A DNA stretch of 64,000 bases from Candidatus Cloacimonadales bacterium (GCA_963667035.1 OY762964.1:2848001-2912000), one strand, 5' to 3'; positions 1-10,289 are shown, counted from the first letter of the stretch. Program-made: numbers and translations. Notes: generated by a model not told the origin, from the sequence alone.

Positions 1-453
1 ATAACTTAACTGCAATAGTATATGCCTTAAATGTTTCTTCAGATTTTAATCCATGAAAAACGGGATAATCAAATTGACCTCCTACATTAAAGTCATCTGT
101 CTCGTATGGCATGGGGAAGTTAAAACTTATTCCATTATATCCTATATGTCCATAAGCTGAATTAAAATGATCATCTTCAATAATTCCCTGAAACCAGTCT
201 TGAGTCATAACACTGTATTGAAATCCTTCATGAAAAGCTCCAACTGCAGGATTGCTCCAACTGCAGGATTGCTCCAACTTAGCAAAGGATTTCTATCCCA
301 AACATTTGCTACACTGTTAACTCTTCCCATTGCCCTTGAAGTTGTTGATGGGTCAATTTCAAGTGTTAATACACCATAGTTTGCTGAATGTAGTTTCGAG
401 ATCTGTAATATGACCATGCAAATGATAAAAGTTATTGCAATAATTTTCCTCAT
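1..453 (-). pseudogene. PorV/PorQ-like (T9SS-associated) outer-membrane beta-barrel gene, frameshifted by a 17-bp tandem duplication; continues past the window start
   Basis: ATG 453 follows SD AAGGGAG. Signal peptide MRKIIAITF..., then LEIDPSTTSRAMG...WSNPA, resembling the PorV N-terminus. Removing one 17-bp copy (237-253 or 254-270) gives an open frame to base 1 (AFHEGFQYSVMTQDWFQGII...). Confidence 0.6.
237..279. repeat. 17-bp tandem duplication GCTCCAACTGCAGGATT x2 plus a 9-bp partial copy
   Basis: Copies at 237-253 and 254-270; partial GCTCCAACT at 271-279. Confidence 0.95.
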
Positions 454-721
454 AGTTTCTCCCTTCATCTTTTTTTTTGTTTGAATATAACTCTAATTTC
501 AAGATTGAGTTCATTTTGTAGTCAAGTTTATAAAAGGCTAATTTTATTTGTCAAATATTTTTCTAACATTTATTTAATCAAGTAAGTAAACCAAACTTCA
601 TATAAGTTTTTATTCAACCGTAAAATTTATGTTAAAGTCTTATAGCTACCCCAATACTTATATAGCAACTAAAACATTCCTCTTTATTCCTGATTGGCGA
701 CTTCCAACTACCGATTCTTCG

Positions 722-875
722 GAAATTTCTCACCCATTTTTCTCTCGTTTCTATCCCGTTGCGAGCAACGGGAGACCAACGGGAGAGCAACGGGAGACTA
801 ACCCGAGATAAACCCCAGGTTGGTGGACGAGTAAAAGGAACCCGGAAGGAACCAAAATAGGAGAGATATAGGAGA
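722..875. repeat. Degenerate 11-bp-period tandem array with a central palindrome
   Basis: CAACGGGAGAC/CAACGGGAGAG/CAACGGGAGAC/TAACCCGAGAT/AAACCCCAGGT (766-820), TAAAAGGAACC/CGGAAGGAACC, AAAATAGGAGA/GATATAGGAGA; palindrome TCCCGTTGC-GA-GCAACGGGA at 754-773. Confidence 0.8.
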
Positions 876-1065
876 GTAGTGATACAAAAAAAGTTATAAT
901 ATGTTGTGTTACTATAAAACCAAAATTACACTTATATGGAGTGGAATATGAAATAACTGTTATCTTATGTTAAAAAGGGTGATACAAAGATGTAAAACAA
1001 TCTATTTGACACAAAGATGGTAGAAATAATACTAATTATTCTTAACTAAACTAATTAATACTGGA

Positions 1066-3522
1066 ATGATAATGAAATATACAAAAGTAAACTATGAATA
1101 TCTACTTCCTAAAGTAGACAAACCATCTCGTTATATCGGGTATGAACTGAATGCCATTAACAAAAAAGTAACTGATAAGACCATTAACTTCTGTCTTGCT
1201 TTTCCCGATGTATATGAAGTGGGTTTATCTCATCTTGGAATCAAAATACTATATACCATATTGAATAATGAAGATAATACCGTATGTGATAGAACCTACG
1301 CTCCTTGGCCGGACTTCACAAAGCTGATGAAGGAAAACGAAATACCTTTATTCAGCCTTGAAAACAAAATTCCCGTAAAAGATTTCGATGTGATAGGATT
1401 TACTCTTCAGTCCGAGCTTAATTTCTCAAATGTACCATATATGTTGGACCTTGCCGGTATAGAATTGGAAGCAAAAGATAGAGGAGAGGATGATCCGATA
1501 ATCTTGGGTGGCGGTCCTGCAATTAGTAATCCTGCACCTTTATCACTGTTCTTTGATGCTATCTTTATCGGTGAAGCGGAAGATGCTATTGTAGAGATAA
1601 AAGACTGTTTATTTAAGTTAAAAGATGCTTCCAGACAAGAAAAGCTTGAAGCTCTTGGAAAAATAGAAGGGGTATATGTACCTCTGATTCATGATGATTC
1701 CGATGAGATTAAAATCAGAAAGTATTCAGGCTTTTCCAGTTATGAAAAGAGTCATGTTAATCAGTTGATTCCTTGGCAACAGACAACTCATGATCGTTAT
1801 ATTGCAGAGATAATGAGAGGATGCTCCAGAGGCTGTCGTTTTTGTCATGCCGGTTTCTTCTATCGACCTGTAAGAGAGAGAAATCCCGATGAAATAATTG
1901 AAAGAATTATCGATGAAGTGGAAAAATACGGTTGGGAAGATGCAGCCCTAACTTCCCTTTCTTCAAGTGATTATTCCCAGATACGCGGATTGTTGTTTAA
2001 TATTTTTAAAAGATTAAATGAACACAGAGCGGATATATCACTACCATCACTAAGGGTTGATACTCTTGATGATAATCTCACTGCTCTACTGAATGTTTTG
2101 GGGCAGAAAGGATTGACTATTGCACCGGAAGCAGGAACTCAAAGACTTAGAGATGTTATAAATAAAAATCTTTCCGAAGAAGAAATCTTGGAAGGTGTTC
2201 GAGTAGCTCTGGCAAACGATTGGAGGTCTATCAAGCTTTACTTTATGATAGGATTACCTTTTGAAACCAGAGAAGATGTGGAAGGAATTGTTGAATTGGT
2301 AGAGAAAATGATCTCTATATCGGGTAAAAAGATACAACTGAATATTACCCTTTCACCGTTTGTACCTAAGCCATTTACTCCATTCCAATGGTCCGGGATG
2401 CTTGATAAGGAAGAACTGTTCCAAAGAGTTTCAATTGTTAAAAATGCCCTGTATAAGTATAAATACATAAAAGTTCGCTATCACGAATTACAAAGCTCAA
2501 TGCTAGAAACAATCCTTGCTAAAGGGGATAAGAGAATAGGCTATGTAATGAAAGAAGCCTTTAAGCTTGGGGCAAAATTCGACGGATGGAGAGAATACTT
2601 TAACTTTGATATTTGGGAACAAGCTTTGGAGACTGTTGGTTTACAACTTGAAGATACTATGAAGGGTTATGCTCTTGATGATAAGCTTCCTTGGGATAAT
2701 ATATCCATTAAAGTAACAAAAGACTTCCTGAAATCCGAATGGCTGAAAGCCAAAGAAGAACAAACAACTCCATCGTGTATAGATCGATGTACAGGTTGTG
2801 GTGTTTGTGATAATGAAACAAAACTCGATTTCTCTACAGTAGAAATGACAGAGGTTATTGAGAATCTTAAAAGAGAAGAACCTGACAATAATATAGAACT
2901 GTTCTGGTATAGAGTATTCTTTAAAAAACAAGGTGGATTGCAGTATGTGGCTCATCTTGACTTCTTGAGAATGATACATAGAATATTGAGAGGAACATCT
3001 CTTAATCTAGCTTATTCTCAAGGTTACAGTCCACATCCTAAAGTAAGATTCGGTCCACCGCTATCTGTTGGTGTTCAGGGTATAAATGAGTTTATGGAAG
3101 TTGCCTTCTACCAGAAATACTCTCCTGAAACCGTTTTAGAGTCTCTAGGGAGACTTATGAAAGGTGACTTGGCAGTGAACAGAGTTATAGCTCTTGATAA
3201 ACGAAACAAAAGTACAATTGAGGAGTCGGGTCAAGAATTGATACAGATTACACCAAACGAAGATTGTAAGGTTGATTTTGAAAAGATTATCGAGAGTTAT
3301 GACAACACAGAGAGCTTTATATTCGAAAAGTTAAGGAAAAAGAAGATAAGAGAAGTGGATTTGAAAAAGATAATCTCAAGAATGGAATGGAACGGAAAAA
3401 GTCTACTGATACAAAAGAAATTGCAAGGAGCAAGTTTGTTTGATATTCTTGAATATCTGTTTAAGATTTCGCGAAACGAAACAAGTAGTTTTATAATAAT
3501 CAGATTGGATTTTATCTTCTAA
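1066..3522 (+). CDS. TIGR03960-type B12-binding radical SAM protein fused to a TIGR03936/DUF2344 radical SAM-linked domain
   Basis: KPSRYIG, FPDVYEVGLSHLG, CSRGCRFC (CxxxCxxC), CxxxCxxCGVC, then YVAHLDFLR...AYSQGYSPHPK...PPLSVG. Confidence 0.9.
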   Translation: MIMKYTKVNYEYLLPKVDKPSRYIGYELNAINKKVTDKTINFCLAFPDVYEVGLSHLGIKILYTILNNEDNTVCDRTYAPWPDFTKLMKENEIPLFSLENKIPVKDFDVIGFTLQSELNFSNVPYMLDLAGIELEAKDRGEDDPIILGGGPAISNPAPLSLFFDAIFIGEAEDAIVEIKDCLFKLKDASRQEKLEALGKIEGVYVPLIHDDSDEIKIRKYSGFSSYEKSHVNQLIPWQQTTHDRYIAEIMRGCSRGCRFCHAGFFYRPVRERNPDEIIERIIDEVEKYGWEDAALTSLSSSDYSQIRGLLFNIFKRLNEHRADISLPSLRVDTLDDNLTALLNVLGQKGLTIAPEAGTQRLRDVINKNLSEEEILEGVRVALANDWRSIKLYFMIGLPFETREDVEGIVELVEKMISISGKKIQLNITLSPFVPKPFTPFQWSGMLDKEELFQRVSIVKNALYKYKYIKVRYHELQSSMLETILAKGDKRIGYVMKEAFKLGAKFDGWREYFNFDIWEQALETVGLQLEDTMKGYALDDKLPWDNISIKVTKDFLKSEWLKAKEEQTTPSCIDRCTGCGVCDNETKLDFSTVEMTEVIENLKREEPDNNIELFWYRVFFKKQGGLQYVAHLDFLRMIHRILRGTSLNLAYSQGYSPHPKVRFGPPLSVGVQGINEFMEVAFYQKYSPETVLESLGRLMKGDLAVNRVIALDKRNKSTIEESGQELIQITPNEDCKVDFEKIIESYDNTESFIFEKLRKKKIREVDLKKIISRMEWNGKSLLIQKKLQGASLFDILEYLFKISRNETSSFIIIRLDFIF

Positions 3523-3527
3523 GTAAT

Positions 3528-3722
3528 ATGACCGGTTTCATTATATCCGAGATATTAATACTAGCTGTGGTTTGCTTTGTCGTAATATTCTTTCTCCGAA
3601 AGAGTCGCAGAGCAAAGAAAGAGCTTATGGAGAGTCGCAGGGAGTTATACGAGATGCAGATAAAGCTTCAAAGCAAAGTACATAATAAGCATATTGAGAC
3701 GGATAAGGACATTGGGCAATGA
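3528..3722 (+). CDS. Small single-pass membrane protein with a coiled-coil tail
   Basis: 64 aa; hydrophobic N-terminus; packed between the radical SAM gene and rmuC (ATGA overlap). Confidence 0.6.
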   Translation: MTGFIISEILILAVVCFVVIFFLRKSRRAKKELMESRRELYEMQIKLQSKVHNKHIETDKDIGQ

Positions 3723-5215
3723 TAATATACATTATATTGGGAATAGTGTTAGGTCTTTTGGTCGTGGTTAGCTTTTTTAGAGAAAAAAGACTTAAGGATG
3801 AACTTGATACCAAAAATGAACTCTTAGACGCTAAAAATGAAAGCATAAGATGTTTGGAAATAGACAAAACCAGACTTGAAACGGAGAATACCGAGTTAAG
3901 ACTGAAGGCTGAAAGAGTTGAAACACTTTCAGAATCAGAGAAAAAATTAAGTATTAATCTACAAGATACTAAAACTCAGCTTGAAAGTAGTCAGAAGAGA
4001 CTTGAGCAAGTTTCGGAAGAACTGAAAGTAAAGAACGATGAGATTAGCTCAATGAAAGACAAGATGACTTCTAAACTGGAAGAATATGCAGTTCTTGAGA
4101 CAACATTAAATAAAGAACGTAAACAAACCGAAGAGAAGTTGAAACTTCTGGAAGAAACAAAAGAAAATCTCAAACTCGAATTCGAGAATTTGGCTAACAA
4201 AATCTTCGAAGCCAAAAGCGAGAAACTTACCATAACCAGCAAAGAAAGCCTAGATAAAGTATTAAATCCATTTAAACAACAAATTACCGACTTCAAGAAG
4301 AGAATCGACGATGTATATGACAAAGAATCCGAAGAACGAGGATTTCTTAAAAAAGAGATTGCTGACCTTAAGAAGTTAAACGAAAGACTTAGTGAAGATG
4401 CTTTGAACCTTACTACAGCTCTTAAAGGGGATAAGAAATATCAAGGGAATTGGGGAGAAGTACAACTTCAAAGATTGCTTGAGTTTGCCGGATTGACTGA
4501 AGGGATAGAATATGAAACACAAGCTACTCATAAAGATGAAGAAGGTGAAACATTCAGGCCTGATGTGATTGTTCATCTTCCTCAAGAGAAAGATATTGTG
4601 ATAGATTCAAAAGTCTCTCTTGTAGCTTATTCCAAATTCTGCTCCGAAGACGATCCTATCTTAAAACAAAAAGCTCTTGATGAGCATGTCAGTGCGATAA
4701 AGAACCACATTAAACTACTTGGAGCAAAGAGCTATCAAAACTTGAAAGGAATCAATACTCTCGACTTCGTTATTATGTTTCTGCCTATTGAAGCGTCTTA
4801 TTTTGTAGCTATCAATGAGAATAGAGAGCTCTTCCAAGAAGCTCTGAATAAGAATATTATCATTGTCTGTCCTTCAACATTACTAATGACTCTTAAGACT
4901 ATCCATAATATCTGGAAATATGAACACCAAAACAGAAATGCAAAGGATATTGCCGATAGAGGTCGCTTGTTGTATAACAAATTTAGAGGTTTCGTTGAAA
5001 CACTGAATGCCCTTGGGAACAAGCTTGAATCTGCTAATAAAGAATACGATAGAGCTATTAATCAGTTATCTGAAGGGAAAGGAAATCTGATTACTCAGGC
5101 AAATGAGCTAATTAAACTGGGAATTCAACCTGATAAGATGTTGGATAAAGCCTTGGTTGAGAAAGCGGAAGCAAATTCAATAGTAGAGGGAGAAATTGAG
5201 AATGGGTCGTATTAA
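3719..5215 (+). CDS. rmuC: DNA recombination protein RmuC
   Basis: N-terminal TM, long coiled coil, QGNWGEVQL, RPDVIVHLP, IDSKVSL, DFVIMFLPIE. Confidence 0.92.
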   Translation: MIIYIILGIVLGLLVVVSFFREKRLKDELDTKNELLDAKNESIRCLEIDKTRLETENTELRLKAERVETLSESEKKLSINLQDTKTQLESSQKRLEQVSEELKVKNDEISSMKDKMTSKLEEYAVLETTLNKERKQTEEKLKLLEETKENLKLEFENLANKIFEAKSEKLTITSKESLDKVLNPFKQQITDFKKRIDDVYDKESEERGFLKKEIADLKKLNERLSEDALNLTTALKGDKKYQGNWGEVQLQRLLEFAGLTEGIEYETQATHKDEEGETFRPDVIVHLPQEKDIVIDSKVSLVAYSKFCSEDDPILKQKALDEHVSAIKNHIKLLGAKSYQNLKGINTLDFVIMFLPIEASYFVAINENRELFQEALNKNIIIVCPSTLLMTLKTIHNIWKYEHQNRNAKDIADRGRLLYNKFRGFVETLNALGNKLESANKEYDRAINQLSEGKGNLITQANELIKLGIQPDKMLDKALVEKAEANSIVEGEIENGSY

Positions 5216-7559
5216 GAAAATATATGTTCTGCACCATAGTCATACCGATATAGGTTATACCGAACAACAGCAACAGATAAGAGCTTGGCATATCGACTTC
5301 ATAAAACAAGCTCTCGAGTATACAAAACAAGACCCTGATTTCAGATGGAATTGTGAAGGCTTTTGGGCTGTTGAAAGGTATTTACAAGCCATTCATAAAG
5401 ATGAACGTGAAGATTTCTTTAATGCAGTTAACAAACATCTGATAGATATTTCTGCCAGCTATTTAAACTTTAATGAATTGATTGATGAATATACTTTAAA
5501 CTCATTAGTGGAAAGAGCAGTTACTACAGCTAAAAAATACGGCTTTGAGCTTGATAGTGCTATGACAGCCGATATTAACGGAGTCGGATGGGGATTTGCA
5601 AAAGTACTTACAGATAACAATGTAAGAAACTATTTTGCTTGTGTACATACTCACCATGGCATGTGGCCTGTGAATAGAAAACAATATCCTTTCAAATGGA
5701 TTGCCCCTAACGGTAAAGAATTACTGGTGTGGAACGGTGAGCATTACCATTTTGGTAATGAATTAGGTTTAGCCCCAAAAGCAGGCTCTAGCTATACGAT
5801 AAAAGATGATTGCGATGCTCATACTATTTATTACGATTATTGGAAAATGGCGGAAACTCGTATTCCAAGGTATTTAAAACTTCTCGAAAATGAACAATAT
5901 GAATTTGACTTTGTTCCTGTAATGGTTTCAGGATTACGAACTGACAACTCACCACCTTCACTTGAGATTTCCCAAATGATAAAGCGTTGGAATAAAGAAC
6001 ATTCCGATATCTGTGAAATAGAAATGACAACTCTTAGTGAGTTCTTTAACAGAGTCAGAATCTCGGAAGTAAGTATACCTGTCTATAAAGGGGATTGGCC
6101 TGATTGGTGGTCGGATGGTTACAATTCAGACCCGGATGGAGTTAAACTTTTCAGAGACGCTCAAAGAACTTTTGAACTGGCAAGAACTATGGGGGAGTGC
6201 CCTCACTCATACTCTGAAGTTGTTCTAAATAATCTGGCATTGTACAGTGAGCATACCTTCAGCCATTGCGATTCAATGAGTCGTCCTTGGTGTAACGAAG
6301 TTAAGAATATAGCTTCAAGAAAGAGATGTTTTGCTGTTACTGCACATGAACATGCTCACATGCTCTTGAGACATAAAATGGAAGATTTGGGTCACACTAA
6401 TTTAACTTACGGGAGACAACCTAATTTTAAGATAGTAAATCCCTTTGATTGCATTACTACTAAACAATACAGACTCTTTATCGGATGGTATGAGTGGAAT
6501 GAGTTAGAGTTAAACAACGGTGCTAAAGTTGTTAATTCATTAACGGGAGAGGCAATTGAATCCCAGATGCAATATGTCCCTTGTGGTGTTGAGTATGTGG
6601 TAAATATGAATCTTAATCACCAAGAGGAACTAGATATAAAGTTGATTCCCGATAATACTATGCCGATTAGATTTTTCGATAGTTTTATCCATAGAGGTAC
6701 AGACCAATCGATTGAAGATATAGAAACCGACGTTAATCAAATTGAGAATGATTATTTTGTTCTGAAATGGGAACAAGATAAGGGGATTACTTCTCTATTC
6801 AGTAAAGAGTATTCCAGAGAATTGATTACCGGAGAATTTGCTGCCTTTACCCCTGTTTATGAAATTACTCCTGTGAATGATAAAAGAGATATATGCTCCG
6901 TTAGAAGTCAAATGGGTAGAAATAGAAAAGGATTCAATGTTAAAAGATCTATAGGGGAACTGGTTAACGTAAAAAGACTAAATGACGGAGTTCTCTGGAA
7001 TGATATTGAATTGAACTATGAATGTAATGGAATGGAGTTTTATAAACTTGAATTGCGTTTGTGGAAATGTATACCTAAAATAGATGTGAAAGCGATATTC
7101 CATAAAAAAAGTGTTTGGGAGCCGGAGAACCTCTATATTGCTCTGCCTTTTACTACAGGGAAGAACGAGCAACTATGGATTGATAAATGTGGTAGCATTC
7201 TGAGACCAATGAAAGATCAGATTCCTGGCACACTTACCGATTTCTATACGGTTCAATCGGGTTTTCGACTACAATCTAAACAATTTGGACTTTCAATTTC
7301 CATGCCCGATACCCCAATTCTTCAACTGGGAATTTTAACATACCAGAGAAGAAAACTTTCAACTGATGAAGCGATACCTCAAAAAGGACATCAACTCTCT
7401 TGGGTAATGAGCAATTACTGGGAAACAAATTTCAATGCATCTTTAGCCGGTTTCTATGAATTCAATTACTCAATAGAACTTAACAACTATAATCCGGAAG
7501 CCTCTTTTAATAAACTTAGAAGAGATTCTTTGGAGTCTATTACATTGAGGTTAAAGTGA
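5202..7559 (+). CDS. Glycoside hydrolase family 38-like (alpha-mannosidase-type fold), cytoplasmic
   Basis: HHSHTDIGYT metal-binding motif, FRWNCE, DINGVGWG, GDWPDWWSDG, MSNYWETNF; no signal peptide. Start at 5202 or 5196. Confidence 0.75.
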   Translation: MGRIKKIYVLHHSHTDIGYTEQQQQIRAWHIDFIKQALEYTKQDPDFRWNCEGFWAVERYLQAIHKDEREDFFNAVNKHLIDISASYLNFNELIDEYTLNSLVERAVTTAKKYGFELDSAMTADINGVGWGFAKVLTDNNVRNYFACVHTHHGMWPVNRKQYPFKWIAPNGKELLVWNGEHYHFGNELGLAPKAGSSYTIKDDCDAHTIYYDYWKMAETRIPRYLKLLENEQYEFDFVPVMVSGLRTDNSPPSLEISQMIKRWNKEHSDICEIEMTTLSEFFNRVRISEVSIPVYKGDWPDWWSDGYNSDPDGVKLFRDAQRTFELARTMGECPHSYSEVVLNNLALYSEHTFSHCDSMSRPWCNEVKNIASRKRCFAVTAHEHAHMLLRHKMEDLGHTNLTYGRQPNFKIVNPFDCITTKQYRLFIGWYEWNELELNNGAKVVNSLTGEAIESQMQYVPCGVEYVVNMNLNHQEELDIKLIPDNTMPIRFFDSFIHRGTDQSIEDIETDVNQIENDYFVLKWEQDKGITSLFSKEYSRELITGEFAAFTPVYEITPVNDKRDICSVRSQMGRNRKGFNVKRSIGELVNVKRLNDGVLWNDIELNYECNGMEFYKLELRLWKCIPKIDVKAIFHKKSVWEPENLYIALPFTTGKNEQLWIDKCGSILRPMKDQIPGTLTDFYTVQSGFRLQSKQFGLSISMPDTPILQLGILTYQRRKLSTDEAIPQKGHQLSWVMSNYWETNFNASLAGFYEFNYSIELNNYNPEASFNKLRRDSLESITLRLK

Positions 7560-7588
7560 GTTACACTTGAACAACATTTTTCTTAATT

Positions 7589-7604
7589 TGGCACTAATAA
7601 TGCA
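7589..7604 (+). promoter_or_regulatory. sigma54-type -24/-12 promoter
   Basis: TGGCACTAATAATGCA: GG-N10-GC, close to the consensus TGGCAC-N5-TTGCW. Confidence 0.7.
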
Positions 7605-7947
7605 TAATAATTAAAATAGTGTTAGGAAGTGAAGCTATTCTTGAGAGTAAGATAGTGAGATCGTTCAATATGAGAGTTTTGGCAGTTAGGGAGCATTCTT
7701 GAGTGGGATGAGGTTATATGCCTGTATTAATGCCAGTTTGGCTCTTAAGAATTAAGGCAAAATTATATGTTAACAGATAATTAGTAATATTATCGGAACA
7801 AAAAATGTAGCTTTTCTCATCTGTAAACTATGTTTACACTTGTGACCTTTGGTGTCAATTTTGAAGTCAACCATAAGACATTGGTTTAAAGGATATTGTA
7901 AAAAAAAACAACAAAAAGTCACACTTTTTATACGCATTGGAGGATTT

Positions 7948-10197
7948 ATGAAGAAGATTATCATACCGGTAATTCTTTTCACACTATTTTTATCTTTATA
8001 CGCACAAGTAGAGGAATATTCCCCTATCGGCAAAATGTCCGATATTGGAAAAACTTTTAGAAACAGCTCTCGCCCTGCATTAAGAACATCAACTTATGAT
8101 TGGGAAATGGGATTTAATCCAATAATAGCAAACGATGCTAGTTATTGGGATTATATGGTTGGTACATATAATAGTACTCCTTTCCATAAACAACCTGATA
8201 ACATAGGTGGTGGTTATTACTATTCATATATGGGTAAATCCAGTTCTACAGCAGTAGGTAGAGCTCATTATGGTTACATGGATAGTGACTATAACATTCA
8301 AAATGATGATACTTTCTCACTATTCAACCGTTTAGAATGGTTTCCAGATAGCGTAATAGACGCAAATGGAAAGATGTTAATCTGCTATCACTCAGATTCT
8401 GATAATGACGGTTCTTACGAGCAACATTATGGATATGACCCTTTCTTTGCTAATATTCCCGGTATTCCATCTTCTGAAATAGATCTTATAGATAATCCTA
8501 TTCAGTTTAACGGTGTAAGTGATAATTATTTTACTTGGGGACAAATCAAAGTTGGAGAATCACCCCTTGGAAGTCCATATCAGAGAGTATATATTTTAAC
8601 TAGAAATAGAGTATCTCATTCAGTAATTGATGAGCAAACAGGTTCTCCAAAACCAAGTGAAAACCCATATATAGCTTATGCAGATTATGTACCGGATGAT
8701 CTTGATTTCGGAAATGCTCTTACTTGGAGCTATACTTCTATTCCTACTCTCAATGCTTGGAACGTTGATGATGTAGAATGGAGAAGACCTCTCATGGCTT
8801 TCTATTTAGGTACAGGAGCTCTTGAAGGTAAACTTTTCTACATGGGCTCTGCTGTTGGTGATTTAGAAGATGGAGAAGATAATTTTTACGTCTTTATTCA
8901 CGATAATTATGGTAATCCGGATACTGAGTGGAGACAGTTAACATTTAACACTGACTATCCTCTTGAGAATCCTCAAGATATTAATAACAATTATTATTTT
9001 GTTGATGAAGATAACAATAATGCACCTTACACTCTCCATTGGGGTATAGTGAATACAAATCACTTCAATATTACTGTAGATCAAGATAACAATTTGCACA
9101 TGCCTGCAACATTCTGTGTTAACTCACAAACTGGTTCATATTTCATCTATTTCCACAATGTAAAGGATATTATTTTCAATACAAGTACAGAAACCTTAGA
9201 TATTGTGGATGTATTCCCTCAGAGTAGTAATCCTAATGCCATGTACAATCCTTGGGATGAAGATGGAGATGGAAGTGTTGACCAGTATTGGGATGATGGG
9301 ACCTATGATGATATTGATGATGGTATTACTCCTGATAGTGAGGACTACGGTAAGATTAGAACAAATACATTATGGCCTTTCTTGTACTGGGATAAAGATA
9401 GTCATGAAGAAGCAATGTTCTTCCATTTAAATCTCCTTAAGATGACTAATGCCAATGAACATGGTGTTATGGCTATGATGTGGCATGATTCCAAAGCTGC
9501 TGTAGATTATAACGAAAGTGATTTATCATATTGGGAGCCTTATGCTGAGCAAAGTGAGTTATATGTAGCTGTTAGTGGAGATAATGGTCATACATGGCAA
9601 CCACCTTATGCTTTAAGTAGTGTAGATGTTGCTGATGATTTCTGGTATACTGATGATGGTCAATACCTTGGTTTTAGTGAAACTCACGAATATGTACCTG
9701 AATGGGAAAATATGAGACCACAGTATGTTACTCCATGTCCTGACATCGAATTCATGGGTACTGAAGACAATAACATTGAAAGACATAGAATGTTAATGTT
9801 CTTCTATGATGATCCTATATGGGGTTCTTCAGAACACGCTGTAGGATTAAGTGAATCAGGTCAGGTAGTTATTAATGCAATAGATTTTCTGTTACCTGAA
9901 AGCGTAGATAATGATGAAGAAATAAATACATTACCTGCAATTACTGAAGTATCAAACTATCCAAATCCGTTCAATCCTGAGACAACAATCAAGTATTCTA
10001 TTAAGAACTCTGGAAATGTTAAGCTTTCAGTTTATAACCTTAAAGGTCAGAAGATTGAAACTCTTGTAAATGAGAATCAAAACCCCGGTGAACATACTAT
10101 TGTTTGGGATGCTGCTAATCATGCAAGTGGTATATATTTCTATAAACTGCAAGCAGGAACTTACACAAGAACTAAGAAAATGATTCTGATGAAATAA
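7948..10197 (+). CDS. Secreted acidic protein with a T9SS type A / FlgD-Ig-like C-terminal sorting domain; possible beta-propeller
   Basis: SD GGAGG then ATG 7948 (MKKIIIPVILF signal peptide); Asp-box SGDNGHTW; DxDxDG motifs; C-terminal NYPNPFNPETTI...SGIYFYKL...KKMILMK. Confidence 0.85.
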   Translation: MKKIIIPVILFTLFLSLYAQVEEYSPIGKMSDIGKTFRNSSRPALRTSTYDWEMGFNPIIANDASYWDYMVGTYNSTPFHKQPDNIGGGYYYSYMGKSSSTAVGRAHYGYMDSDYNIQNDDTFSLFNRLEWFPDSVIDANGKMLICYHSDSDNDGSYEQHYGYDPFFANIPGIPSSEIDLIDNPIQFNGVSDNYFTWGQIKVGESPLGSPYQRVYILTRNRVSHSVIDEQTGSPKPSENPYIAYADYVPDDLDFGNALTWSYTSIPTLNAWNVDDVEWRRPLMAFYLGTGALEGKLFYMGSAVGDLEDGEDNFYVFIHDNYGNPDTEWRQLTFNTDYPLENPQDINNNYYFVDEDNNNAPYTLHWGIVNTNHFNITVDQDNNLHMPATFCVNSQTGSYFIYFHNVKDIIFNTSTETLDIVDVFPQSSNPNAMYNPWDEDGDGSVDQYWDDGTYDDIDDGITPDSEDYGKIRTNTLWPFLYWDKDSHEEAMFFHLNLLKMTNANEHGVMAMMWHDSKAAVDYNESDLSYWEPYAEQSELYVAVSGDNGHTWQPPYALSSVDVADDFWYTDDGQYLGFSETHEYVPEWENMRPQYVTPCPDIEFMGTEDNNIERHRMLMFFYDDPIWGSSEHAVGLSESGQVVINAIDFLLPESVDNDEEINTLPAITEVSNYPNPFNPETTIKYSIKNSGNVKLSVYNLKGQKIETLVNENQNPGEHTIVWDAANHASGIYFYKLQAGTYTRTKKMILMK

Positions 10198-10226
10198 GCG
10201 TCAGATAATAATCTTATATAAAGAAT

Positions 10227-10260
10227 ACAGGCTGTTGGTCTCCAACAGCCTGTGTTTTAT
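10227..10260. terminator. Intrinsic terminator between convergent genes
   Basis: ACAGGCTGTTGG-TCT-CCAACAGCCTGT followed by GTTTTATT. Confidence 0.8.
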
Positions 10261-10289
10261 TTCACTATTACTAAAGTTAATAAACTAAT

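Noticed and set aside
470..478. Homopolymer tracts (T9 here, A9 at 7900-7908) as phase-variation switches
   Set aside because: Tracts of this length are expected in AT-rich intergenic DNA, and there is no read evidence.
629..811. 60-aa ORF in the track
   Set aside because: It runs through the 11-bp repeat array, has no SD and no recognisable motif.
722..875. CRISPR array (also considered for 32137-32235)
   Set aside because: Units are contiguous 11-mers with no repeat-spacer alternation, and no cas genes are present.
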